Assembly: GCA_036172245.1 (NCBI GenBank)
Contig: JAYWIR010000019.1
Coordinates: forward strand, 1,674,001-1,738,000
Origin: Raillietiella orientalis
Lineage: Eukaryota
DNA length: 64,000 nt
Direction of reading: 5' to 3'
In this document: piece after piece, positions 50,850-61,600 of the stretch
Layout: every line of letters starts with the position of its first letter
Numbering within the stretch: position 1 is the stretch's first letter
The notes under the pieces: model-generated
Told to the model about the DNA's origin: nothing
What the model saw: the letters and a program-made list of their open reading frames with translations, nothing else
Database searches by the model: none
Position numbers and translations under genes: made by a program

Positions 50850-52300
50850 CGGCATCCATCTCTCTCTGCATAAAGATGCTCAGTTACGGAACATCAAAGC
50901 AACCGTACCGTTTCGCCAAAGGCGTCAAGGCAGATGCCGACAGCAGCGAGCTTGTTGGTGACTCTGTCGGGCGAGGCGCCACGCTCAACGGAGGAGCCAT
51001 GGAAGCATCCAAGCAGCCCAGGAAGGAGTATGTGATACTGGAGCCACGGTTGTGCTCTTGTATACGTGCCAACGTGGAGGTGCCATGGAGACGCTTCTCG
51101 TAGTGCGGGCAGGTGTGAATGGTGTCAAAAAGCGAGGTTTTTGACAGGATTTTCTCGGGAAGGCGTTTCTAAATATGAACTCGTTCCAGGGAGGCAAGCT
51201 CCCGAGTTAGATATTTATTGATGATCGGTCCCCTCGTGTCCAAGCCACGTAGAGAAACAACCGGAGTTCTATAGGGGTTGGGCTACTGGACTAGCTTGTG
51301 TCCTGAGGGTAAGCTCCACCAGACACGAAGACCAGGAGCCAGGTGAAGATCTACGAAATCGCTCGAGTGCCGCAACTACAAGACGTGGCTGGAACTGCCA
51401 GATGAGCTAGCGCCACCCTTCTTCCCGGATTCGGGATAGCGCGATCTGGAAACGTCCATCTGTTCTTCGTGGGCGCGCACGGACTTGCAAATCTACAAGG
51501 CGCAGTGCGCACAAGCTCTGGGGTGGCTGCTGAAAACGGGAGCCTCCAAGGATATCTAGTAGCCGTGGCAGATCTCGGTGACCTATCGGGCAGCCGGAGG
51601 CGCTGCGGGAAAACACGGGTCAGCAAGTGGCAGAGGAAACTAGTCGAGCGCCAGCCACACGCTGATCGGGTACGTCCCGAACGCCGAAGAAAAACCTTCC
51701 GCAGGATTCCAGGACGCGCAAGCCTCCACCTTTGATCATTCCTTGCTTCAAATCCAGATCCGAATGAAAGCTACTCGAAGAACGCTCCGGGAAGCAGTGA
51801 TGTACCTGGAGCACATATCTAGCTATCTGTCACATCAACGAGTGGTGGAAACCATCCTGGAAACCATCGTCATTTGCACTGCATAGGTCGGAGGCCGCGA
51901 CGAGATGTGATCCGTCTGTTTACGGAAGCGCAGTACGGCGACAGAGAGCTGCTCCGGGAAGCGCATCAGAAGACGAGCAGAACGGTCACCTCCTTCGCTC
52001 TGGACACTGTGGCGGAGGAGACGGATACGCCGTCTCCAGCAACGTGCTGGAAACACGAGTCGAACATCCCGCGGCTGGCGATGCCTTAAGTCCAAAGAGA
52101 CAAAAGCAGCATTCCAGCAATTCTGCGGAAGGTAGCTTAGGCGCGGAACTGTGTCCGACCAGGGAAGACCAAGCATCCTTCTGCAACATCCTTCAGAAGA
52201 ACGCGGAAGAGTTGCGGGGCAAGTGTGGCTGAAGGGCTGAAGAACTTGATGGAGCGGCTATGATGGAAGGGGACCGCCAGAATGGGGCTGCCGCCTTGAG
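50850..52300 (+). mobile_element. Heavily decayed LINE ORF2 fragment
   Basis: GTSKQPYRFAKGV (RT 4-like), IFIDD and RSQVKIYEIARVPQL (thumb-like) appear in order, but divergence is high. Confidence 0.4.
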
Positions 52301-52619
52301 CTGAGGTCTCCTGCTGCCTCCGGTTTTCTCCGTGCTTGTCCGCGTGCCGTGGCTTCGGCAGAAGCTGTTCGTGAAGACGCCGCCACCGCCCCCACTGGCC
52401 TTTTCCCTCACTCCTGGAGCTTCCAACGGCCTGGCCGGGCAGAAGCGAAGATGTCTGTTCTTTCTTGACGAGCAGATCCACCAAAGAACACGGCAACCGG
52501 CGGTCTCGGGCGCGGCTGCTGCCCGCCCAGCGTAGACGGCGACCGCGTTTCGTGTGCGTTTCATTCAGGCCGAGTAAAAGCGTGACCGGGTGGAAGGCCA
52601 CTCCCGCGGTCGGGGTGTG

Positions 52620-53440
52620 TGCCTGCATCAGAGACCATGTGGTTACGGTGGTCTCCGCGCGTGGCACCACCAAGCGTCGCGGGTTCGAATACTCCGAAAT
52701 GGATCGACGCAGTGCATCGCGGGTTCGAGTTCCTCCCGCAAGATGACGCTGGTTTGCCTCTACTCACCTGGGTGCGGCTCCACCGTTAGCCGTTGAGGCC
52801 GGATACCCCCCGATGAGGGCCAGGACAATGGGAGTCGATTTTCGGATCCTTCCAGGAATCAAGGAGTAGGAAGCTCCCCTCCTGTTGTGCAAAGGAGCGG
52901 ACCCCCCAGTGTGAGAGGACCTTCCGCGTCGTACTGATAGAGTAGGTGGGTCTCCACCTCTCCAGAGAGTGCAGAGGAGCGAGCCGATCTCTTCGGAAAA
53001 GCAGCGCCTTCCTGAATTTCGGAAGCTTCCCGTCGGGGTTCTCTTAAGAGGAGCAAACAAGGAGCGGATCCTTTCCGGGTTCCCTTCGGAGAAGAAAAAA
53101 TGGAGAGGAACCCTCCGGGGTCTCTCCGGGGTCCCTCCGGAGAGAATAAAGAAGGAGGATTTCCCTCGAGGTTCCTTCGGAGACAACCAGGGTAGAGGTG
53201 ATCTCAATTCCGGGAATCGCTCCCCGGGAGTGAAAGGAACGGACTCCGAGCCCTTCCTGGGAACCGCCTGGCAATCGCGTTATCCCCTATCTTGAAGAAA
53301 TTACGTGCACCCTCTGTTGGCGTTGAACAGCGTGAAAGAGCTGCATGAGCCGTCGCCAGGGGCGCGAAAGCTGTTGTGGTACTCGGTGAACCAAAAAAAA
53401 AAAAAGAAAAACTGATGAAGAGAAGGATTTCCATCACCGT
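52620..53440. repeat. Unclassified dispersed repeat, copy 2 (inverted relative to copy 1)
   Basis: Contains the same blocks as 255-1050 on the opposite strand. Confidence 0.85.
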
Positions 53441-53539
53441 CGCTGCCCAGGATGGCGCTTGACGTAAGAGGTTACCGTCTCCCGACAACAGTCTTTTTCC
53501 TTGGTAGGTGGTCCTGCCTGGCATGGAGGTGCAGTTCAT

Positions 53540-54240
53540 GCTGTGGCTTCACACAGGTCCTTGAAGGCGGTCCATGAAGAGCAGATCGTCGGTATAGGCC
53601 AAATGTGATGATTCGTTCTTCCAAGGCTCCTAAGCAGGCTCTCCTTGGTGACGGAGACGGTCGCCGCCTCCATGTACACCACGAAGAACATGGATCTCGG
53701 GGCATCCCCTTACTGGACTCCTCTTCCCATCTCGATCTTCTGCGACGTGAGCCCATTGGCGCTGATAGTGAAGATGGTCTTCTACAGGCCACGTACTGCA
53801 CGAATCTCCCTGAAAGTCCAGCTTTCGCAGGATCTTCAGCAGCACAGAGTGAGTTGCATCGAGTCGAAGGTCTTCTCAGTGTCAATGAAACCCAGCACCA
53901 GGTCGTTCCCTAAGATACAGTTGTATCCCAGGAGGGCTTGATGGCGCACTTGACGTGTCCCACATGCATCTGTCTATCACGGCGCGCGTCTGCGTGGTAG
54001 AAACCACCGACTTCAGCATTCCTTTCAGCTGGTTGGCCCAGATCTTCACCATCCACTTGGCATCCGAGTTCAGGATGGAGACGGGCTTCACTAGGTGACC
54101 GTGTGGAAGTCTCCGCCTCTCTTTGGGAGCAGCCTCATCCTGCTTCGGTGGAAGGAGGCGGGCGGCCGTCCTTCTCGGAAGGTGCAGTCCAGAAGTTGAC
54201 GGAACAGGGGCAGATAGGCTGTTCAGACCGTACTAGTGTC
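53540..54240 (-). mobile_element. L1/Tx1-clade RT fragment, related to and abutting the 54.3-58.8 kb element
   Basis: LPKRGGD, PVSILNSDAKWMVKIWANQLK..VVSTTQT..GFIDTEKTFD, SANGLTSQKIEMGRGVQ*G and HLAYTDDLLF, interrupted by frameshifts and stops. Confidence 0.85.
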
Positions 54241-54269
54241 CCCAGGTCCGACACGCGGTGGGGAGAATG

Positions 54270-57200
54270 CATTAAAACAAACTTTTAACTTTTATCAAAC
54301 AACTTTAAGTCTTTCTCTTTCTTTCAATTTTTCCTTCGCACTGTTTTTTGCACTGTTCATTTTACTTCACTTTCACTTTCACACTTGTGCATCTTTTCGA
54401 AGTTTGGGTTCAGGCTGAGTGGGGATTGTTCATTTTTCCTGGACGTAATCGCCAATCTTCCTCAGGTTATAGAGATACGTCCAGGAGGGGACCGACCCTT
54501 CCGCAGTTCCTGATCCCTATCTCTCTCTGCACGAGTCCTTTCAGGATTTCGAAGGCCGGTGTTCCTCTTCTCGTATTCTGCATCTTTGCTCTTCTTATCG
54601 CAATTGCTGTGATGAAGCGGGAAAGTGTGGTTCGAACCATCGGGTCGTACAGGACCACCTGGAACAAGCCCGTCAAAATATCCATCTTCGTGCTTCCCTG
54701 CAGGCCGGTCGCCAATCAGGTCGCAAAGCGTGGGGCAAGCGAACACGTGGAGCTGCGTTTCTTCAGCTTCACACGCCTTGCAGAGTCCATCTTGGGTGTT
54801 CCCAGTACAGTGCCGAAGTCTGGAGCCACTCAGGATCCCTCCATGATAGAACAATAGGAGGTCATCCTGGGTGTCCGGGGTAAGGTCACTCCTTTAAAGA
54901 GCATCTCCTACCGCTTGCACGTTTGCATGTAGGCATCCATAGCGGCTTGAACATGCATCGAGGGCATCATCATCTTGATATTCCTTCAAGATTTTTTCTT
55001 TTATGTTGGCTTTGGTCATCAGCAGCTATGCTTGCTGTAGCAGCTTTTTCCAAAGCTCCCACGTTCTATAACTGAACTTTCCTTTCATTTCTGTGCCATA
55101 TCGAAACAGTCGCGCTTGGTGACGATTGCCACTGGTGACCAACTGTTCGCGATGTTCCATTTTCAACTTTGGCCTCTAATGTATCCAGATAGAAGTTTCC
55201 CCTTTAGCATGGATAAAGTAGGACATCACCAGGACCGGTTCTTCATTCCATACTCCCTTACTCCGGGGCACTATCTTGAATTGATGAAGTCTCACCAGTG
55301 CCTGTATCCTTCTTCGGGTGGGATCGATGTTCACCCGCTCTCCAGTGGCGCCTATTGGGGCAGATATCAGGCCTCTCGAGCTGTTCAGCAATTTCCAGTA
55401 GGCTCTGTGTGCCGCAAAAGGCCACTCGTCCCATTTCTCGGTGAGTTGCAGAAGTTTTCTTGCGCCCATGGCCTGCATGGAGTGTTCTAGAGGCAACATT
55501 CCAATCCCACCTTCCTCTCGAGGGCGGCACAAAAGTGCGAGCCTAGCCCTCAGCTTGAATTCCTTCCATAAGATTTCTCTCTGGATTTTTTCGGTTTCCA
55601 CACGGGTCTTCTTGTCGATTCTTCAAGGAGGCTCTATAGAGCACCTTGGGAAGTAGGACGCAATTCCAAAAGGTGACCCTCTGCTTCATGTTAAAGTCGA
55701 CCCGGGTGTACTTGTTCGTCTCTTCTTGAAGTTTCCCTAGAATTTCTCTCCACACCTTTTGCAAAGCGGAAGAGTCGCCAAGGTGGATACCCGGGTACTT
55801 CACTTCTGCCACTCGAAATCCTTCCTCCGTTAATGTGGAGAGATCCAGGATTCCTATAGGCAGCAGGTAGCTTTTCTGGGCATCGATTTTTAATCCCAAT
55901 CCAGTTTTCATTCGTTGGACTACACCTAGAAACGCACTTTGAACCCTCTCATCCTTCATGAAGAAAAGGAGATCATCTGAGTATATCAGGTGAGTCAGCC
56001 TTTGGCTGTCGATGCGGATTCCCTGGAGCCGCATCATCTTTCAATGAGCATCGACACAGCTTCCATGTATAGTTCGAACAACATTGGACTGAGGGATCTC
56101 CTTGACGAACTCCCTCTTCATCCAAATTGCTGCCGTCTCCGTTCCGTTGATTGAAATCTTCACTGCTTGTTTCTCAAGTATGTTCTCCACAAATTGTCTG
56201 AAGTATATTGGGAAGCACAGTTTCCGCAAGAAGCATTCCGTGGTCCACCGTGTCGAAAGCTTTCTCCTTGTTAGTGAAGCCCAGATTTATGCCCCGGCAT
56301 ATCCGGGTGATAACCCGATGGTGGCCTGGGCACACCTCACATTCGCGGACATGCAGCGTCCGGACACCGCACACGTCTGTGTCGGAGAAACGATCGATGG
56401 CATCATCTTGCTTAAGCGGTGGGCCCAGATTTTCGCCAACCACTCGACATCCGTATTCAGGATGGAGATTGTCCACCACTGGGTGAACCTTCGTCAGGTC
56501 TCCTTTTGGCAGCATTCTCATCCTGCCATCGTGAAACGAGGTAGGAAGTCTTCCTTCTTCCTAGATGGCCGATGTGAATTCATGGAACAGACGCAGGTAG
56601 GCGTGCAGGTAGCTCTGGTACTGCGTAATGGGAACACAATCGGTCCCTGCGTAGTCCCGAGAAGGCGTTTTTTTACTCCCTATATGGAAATTTCTTCTTC
56701 AATTCTTTGCTGTTAATCCGTGCTCAGCTCCTTTGCAGGTAGCTCAGCACGTTCTCTTGTTCTGGCGGACACAGACCTTGACGTCGGAAGTGCGAGGCGT
56801 AGTGGTGGTGGAAAGCCTCTGCGATTCCTTCCGACGTGTGCCAAACTTGGTCCTCGTACTGGATGCAGAAGACATTGGTGGCAATGTTCCTCTTTTCCAG
56901 CACGACAACTTTCCCTTTGACGTTCTTGGAGAATTACCCGCTCTCGTACGGTTCCGGGTACTTTGAGGAGGAGCGATCTTGGATGTACAGCTGCCGGTAC
57001 ACTTCCTGCCTCATCTTGTGGCCGAACTGCAGACTGCTGATGGATGGTGCGCATCAAACTGTCCCAGTCAGCAACTCTGCAGATGGTGTTTCCTGCAGAA
57101 TCGCCTCGATGAGCTCCTGTTGTCAGGGATGCGTCTCGAACCCAGGCGGGAATGCAGATGAGCGCAGCCCCGCACCTGCCTTCCTTCGAGGATTCTGCAT

Positions 57201-58770
57201 TCGAAGCGTGAACCGTAGCAAGGGGTGGGCCGCGAACAAAGATGGGATGTTTCGGAAGCCTTGCACACGGTTCGCGATGCCCTGGCTGTAGAGGACGTGG
57301 TCTATCGGCTTGTGGCTCGCTGTCAGCCACCGCAGCCCGAACTCTTCGTACAGACGCCGATATAAGCCGTTCTTTCCCGGACATCTTTGGACTGGGTGAT
57401 GGTGTCCAACACATTTAGGTCTTCCACGACGATCACGACATCCTTTGCCGCGGCCTTGCTTCTCGGCAGAGCCTACATGGCCTCTGCACAGTGGTGTTTG
57501 CCGCGGTGCGGTCCGTACACGTTCACCAGGAACAGGTGGACGCTTCGGGAACAGGACATTCGGATACCCATAATGTGGCCAGACCACGGAGAGAAGTTTT
57601 CCAGAACGGTGTGCGCGATCTCGTTCTTCTTGAGAATCTCCACACCTTTGGTTTTCTTCTCACCCGCGCTCGGGAACAACTGGACATCTAGTCGTCTCTT
57701 GAGCTCCAAGATGGCTTGGTGACCGAGATCGTGAGTTCCCTCTAGGCAGACGATGCGGTCACGTTCGATGGTGCGCATGATCAGTCGTCTCTTGTCCTGG
57801 TTCCACAATCCATTTACATTCCAGAAGACGATCTTGCTGCTCCTGCCGTTGACAGAAAGGTGGTCATTGGGGATAGCTTAAAATATCTTCCCTTCCTGTC
57901 GCGTTTCCTTTTGGGGGGACTGCGATGTCCTCCTCCTTTCTATTTTCCCATCACCCACGTCGCTTTCGGACTTGGGGCAGTCGGTGCTGTCGACGACCGG
58001 GAGCATGGCGGTGTTTGCCGAAGTTGCGGGGGGCAGATCCTTGCTTGCCATGCTGCCGTACTTCTTTTTCGCTTCCAGAAGTCTGTTCTCCAGGACGAGC
58101 CGGTGCTCGTTATCAGGAACGCGTTCGTTGATTACGACGGATACGTTGCGGATGCGTTCGAGGGCATCCCGCTGTTGCTCCGTGCTAGAGCCTGGTTGCA
58201 CTCCTTGCTCGATCTCTCCCAGCTCCTTTTCTATCTGCGCAACTTGAGCCGACTCGCTCGGCACGGCAACTTCCGCCGACTCTTCGGAGGCTTGTTGCCT
58301 CTGCCTTCTCTTTCCTCTTGACCTGGGCAAATTCTTCTGCCGCTCCTAGGGCAAAGAAGCCTTCTTTTCTTTTGGTTTTTCTGTCGCCGGCACCTCCGGA
58401 ATGGGCGGCAGTCCCTGGATCTTCCCCCAGTTCGCAAACCGCCGGCACTCCTTTTTAAAGTGTCCAGACAGGCGAGAGAAGTAACACAGCATCGGCTGGT
58501 TGCGTGCTTTAAGAAAGTGACCCTGCTGACCACACCGGTAACACCGCTCCCTGGAGCAAGCCCCGAAACGGTGCCCGAACACCTTACGTCCAGCAGGAAA
58601 CAGACTGCTGCCTGCATCTGATTAAAATACCTTGGAAATAGGCATCGGTGTTGGCCACTCCCGGATTGCTTGATTGGTCAAACATCTTGACCAGCGCAAT
58701 ACCTTCCCCGGAGAAGATCTTTCCCATGTGGTTTGCGGACCGTACAGGACAGACCGTACAAAAGTTTTCT
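54270..58770 (-). mobile_element. Near full-length but inactivated L1/Tx1-clade LINE (ORF1 zinc knuckles, APE endonuclease, RT, C-terminal zinc finger, A-rich tail)
   Basis: ORF1: CYRCGQQGH..CYFSRLSGHFKKEC (about 58440-58555), stop near 57878. APE: KIVFWNVNGL, IVCLEGTH, LVNVYGP, VVEDLN, IDHVL. RT: LPKGD, ISILNTD, EKAFDTVDH, ING...RQGD, IYSDD, KYPG. C-terminal: LCRPREEGGIG and CKACEAEETQLHVFAC. A/G-rich tail at about 54270-54390. Many frameshifts. Confidence 0.9.
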
Positions 58771-58936
58771 TTTAATCGTAGACTATACAAAACCGCTCTC
58801 CTTACAAACGTATGGAACACGTGCAGCAGCGGCTTCATGCCATGAATGTAACAATTGATCATTTGTCATCAACAACTGATTGTTAGCATTGTATTTTTGT
58901 TCCACTGAATCCGAAGATTAAGTGACACTAAGTGAT

Positions 58937-58968
<32 letters not shown>
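58770..58968 (+). mobile_element. Short retroposon 3' end with (AAT)n tail
   Basis: An AT-rich ~200 bp insert ends in aataataaaaataataataataataataat and abuts the 5' end of the minus-strand LINE. Confidence 0.4.
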
Positions 58969-58969
<1 letters not shown>

Positions 58970-59121
58970 GATTCCTAGATATTGAAATTTGGAGATTTTC
59001 CTTTTTTTTGGGTGGGAGTAGGGGGGGATCCCGGATTTTCACAGGCCATCTAGTGGGATTTTATGGACTTCTGCTGGCAGCCCTGGAGCTCTGGATCGTC
59101 CGTGGCGCACGCGGCTGTCAA

Positions 59122-59165
59122 ACTCGAGCGAGTGAGCAGCAGACCTGCCGCTCACTCGCTCGAGT
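59122..59165. repeat. 44-bp GC-rich inverted repeat
   Basis: actcgagcgagtgagcagcag-ac-ctgccgctcactcgctcgagt: 21-bp arms, one mismatch, 2-nt spacer. Confidence 0.95.
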
Positions 59166-59699
59166 GCGCCCGTCTTCCAATGAGGCTTTACGGGCGCACG
59201 TTCAGCAAGCAGCTGCCCCCCCGCCCGCGAACCGGAAGAGCTGGGTGGGCTCGGAGAACGCTCCTCGCTTCCGTGACGTTCAGGCGATCCGGGAGAGTCC
59301 GCCTGCTGCGAGGACGAAGTCCTGCCCCCGCAGCGCCTGTCCTGGGAGGACGGAACGTCTTCGCACCTCTGCGGTCCAACGCCCGCCCGAGATCCACTTA
59401 GCGGCAAAGCGCCGGCGAACCGCAGCGGTCCCAGAAGAGCGCGTCAGCCGCGCTTCCCTTCCAGTACGAGCCGAATCACGGCGGGATGAGGGGGAAGGGA
59501 AGAGGTCCTGAAAGCTCTCGCAGCGGGCTTAGGGGCAGTGAGAGTTCCCCACGTGCTGCTGCTGGTGTACGCTGCCACCGTTATTCCTCTGAGGCGTGTG
59601 GGGGGAAAACCCCCATGGCCACTCCACTCGAAGGCCTCCCCCCCCCCTCGCGCGGTGTCTGCGGAGCTGCAAGACGAACTGCCGAGGAAGATTGAAGTG

Positions 59700-61140
59700 A
59701 AAGTACAGGCTGCGCCGGGTGAAAGCCGGGAATGCCTCACCCGCAGGCGCCGCCAGCAGGCTCCCTGCGGAAGGCACGGAAGCGAGGTGGGACGGGCGGA
59801 GATCCTGAAAAGAGGAGGGGGAACAGTAAGCTGGAGACTCGGTCGGGGGAGGTGAGGAATGCTGCCACGCCACCTACAGCGCCAAGGTCGGGCGGAGCCT
59901 CCCCGAGGACAGGAGATAGGGTGGAGGGAACTTCAGGCGCTTCCTCCATGCAGGAGCTTTTCGTCCCCGCAAGCTCATCCCGGGAAACCTCGCGCGCCTC
60001 CCGAAAGAGGGCAGGACAAGAGCCGTGCACGCCTCTACGTGCGCCCCCTCCTGGCATCCCAGGAGGCCCTGCACACTGCGGACAGGAAAGTATTCTCGAT
60101 GCCACCGTTCCCCGGCTGGAGAAGGGAGAAGAGGGGAGGAAAACCCATTTATCCTCTTCACACCGCTCCAAGTCCGAGGGGCCTCCCTTCCTTCTCCTCG
60201 TCCTCATCCCCCCCCCTTCCTGACCGTTGGGAGCTACCCCTCTCTCGGACCTTTTACAAGGGTGGCAGGGTGGAGTTCGGCTGGCTCGGGATCCGGACTG
60301 TTACGGCGACGGCGCTGTCGGACGTCGGCGGCCTCCAATGACGAGCGGCGCGTCCTCCCGTAACCGCCTTCGCCCCTTCCTGCCCCTTGCGGGCGCGGGC
60401 ACCCAGGCACCTAGCGGCTGGATCCGCGGTCGGAGTTGGGGTCGTCTTCCGTCGCAAGAGCTGGGCGCTGCTATCGCGACCACGTTGTACGCCGGGGTCA
60501 CTGCAGACCCGCGCCAGGGTCCCCTCCGGCTTCGTTGTGCCCTGAGGCGCATCCAGCGCAGTCCGGAGCGTGAGTTCGGGTCACCTTCCTTCCGACGCGC
60601 CCACAGTCCATATTCCCGGTCCTCGAACCGGTGCTCGCGGTCTTCCGCACGCGGGATTCGGGCGCTGGGCGAACCGCCTGACTTGGACGTGGTCCAGGGC
60701 AGCACTCCCGTGCCGCATCCCTGAGTCGGACTCGGCCGCACGAGTCCGGAAGCGCTCGTGCGTTTCTTCCTCCTCTCCCTTCCGGGCCACATCGTCCCTA
60801 CGCGAAGTTCTCGGAGTTGCCTGGCTCCACGCTGCCTACCCGGTTGCCATCCGGTTGCCCCGGGGAGACGGAGGCGGTGAACCGTTGCGGGACTTCGAGT
60901 TCTGCTGCACCCGGACATTCGGGCGAACCTGCCGAGCTACCGGCACTCAGGCTGGCAAGGTCCTCCTCGGCAACAGGAGGGGAAGGGGGAAGAATAGATG
61001 CGGTGTTTGGGGAGGGACCACAGATGGTTGCAGGGTGCCCTCTGTATTCCCTCAGGAATGCCGTCAAGCTATTCTCGTATGGTTCCCAGGGCTCTTCTGG
61101 CGGCGCTCCGGGCCAGCACTGTCCCGGAGGGGGCAGCAAA
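59700..61140 (-). mobile_element. Probable decayed LINE ORF1 (Tx1-like) fragment
   Basis: GLWARRKEGDPNSRSGLRWMRLRAQ resembles the GxRxVxMxL motif of Tx1-type ORF1. The flanks are Pro/Ser-rich and the fragment sits within the LINE cluster. Confidence 0.3.
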
Positions 61141-61145
61141 GAGCT

Positions 61146-61221
61146 GTCCGCAGTGGCGGCCACGTGGTTGCCGACTCCGCGCGCTGTGCCAGGCGTGGCG
61201 GGTTCGAATCCCACCTGGGAC
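61146..61221 (+). pseudogene. tRNA-like sequence (pseudo-tRNA or SINE-type Pol III head)
   Basis: 76 nt. Acceptor-like stem GTCC(G)CAG/CTGGGAC, A-box-like TGGCGGCCACGTGG, and a canonical B-box/T-arm GGGTTCGAATCCC. No good anticodon arm, so not a functional tRNA. Confidence 0.4.
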
Positions 61222-61600
61222 GCCGAGAACGGAGGGTGCGTCGTGGGCTCTCAGTTCCCCCCCCCTACTTGCAGGATGACGCTGATTGGTTCATAGTCTC
61301 GGATGTGGACCTGGTGGAGGTTGGATGCTCCCGTTGACTGGCCGGGATCGGAAGTTGACCCTCAGGGTCAACTTACAATCCTTCCAATGCCTCAGGAGTC
61401 TTTCCGGGAACCAAGGAGCGCAGGTCCTTTCAGGGTTCCCCTGCGGTTGTGAAGATGGAGTTGGTCCATGGAGCTGGCTGATGTCCCCCACATGGCGTAA
61501 GCTTCCCCCTTAGGGGAGCGCCCTCCAGAGAAATTTGGGAAGCGTCCCTTCGGGGTTCTCTTCAGAGGAGGAAGCAGAGAGTGGATCCTTTCCGGGTTGA
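61146..61600. repeat. Unclassified dispersed repeat, copy 3 (partial)
   Basis: Shares cacgtggttgc, gacgccgaga..gggtgcgtcgtggg, gatgacgctg, tggccgggat.g.agt.gaccctc and cccttcggggttctcttcagagga with copies 1 and 2. Confidence 0.8.

Noticed and set aside
61146..61221. Functional tRNA gene
   Set aside because: Bulged acceptor stem, mismatched T stem, no proper anticodon arm, no T-run terminator, and it is part of a dispersed repeat.
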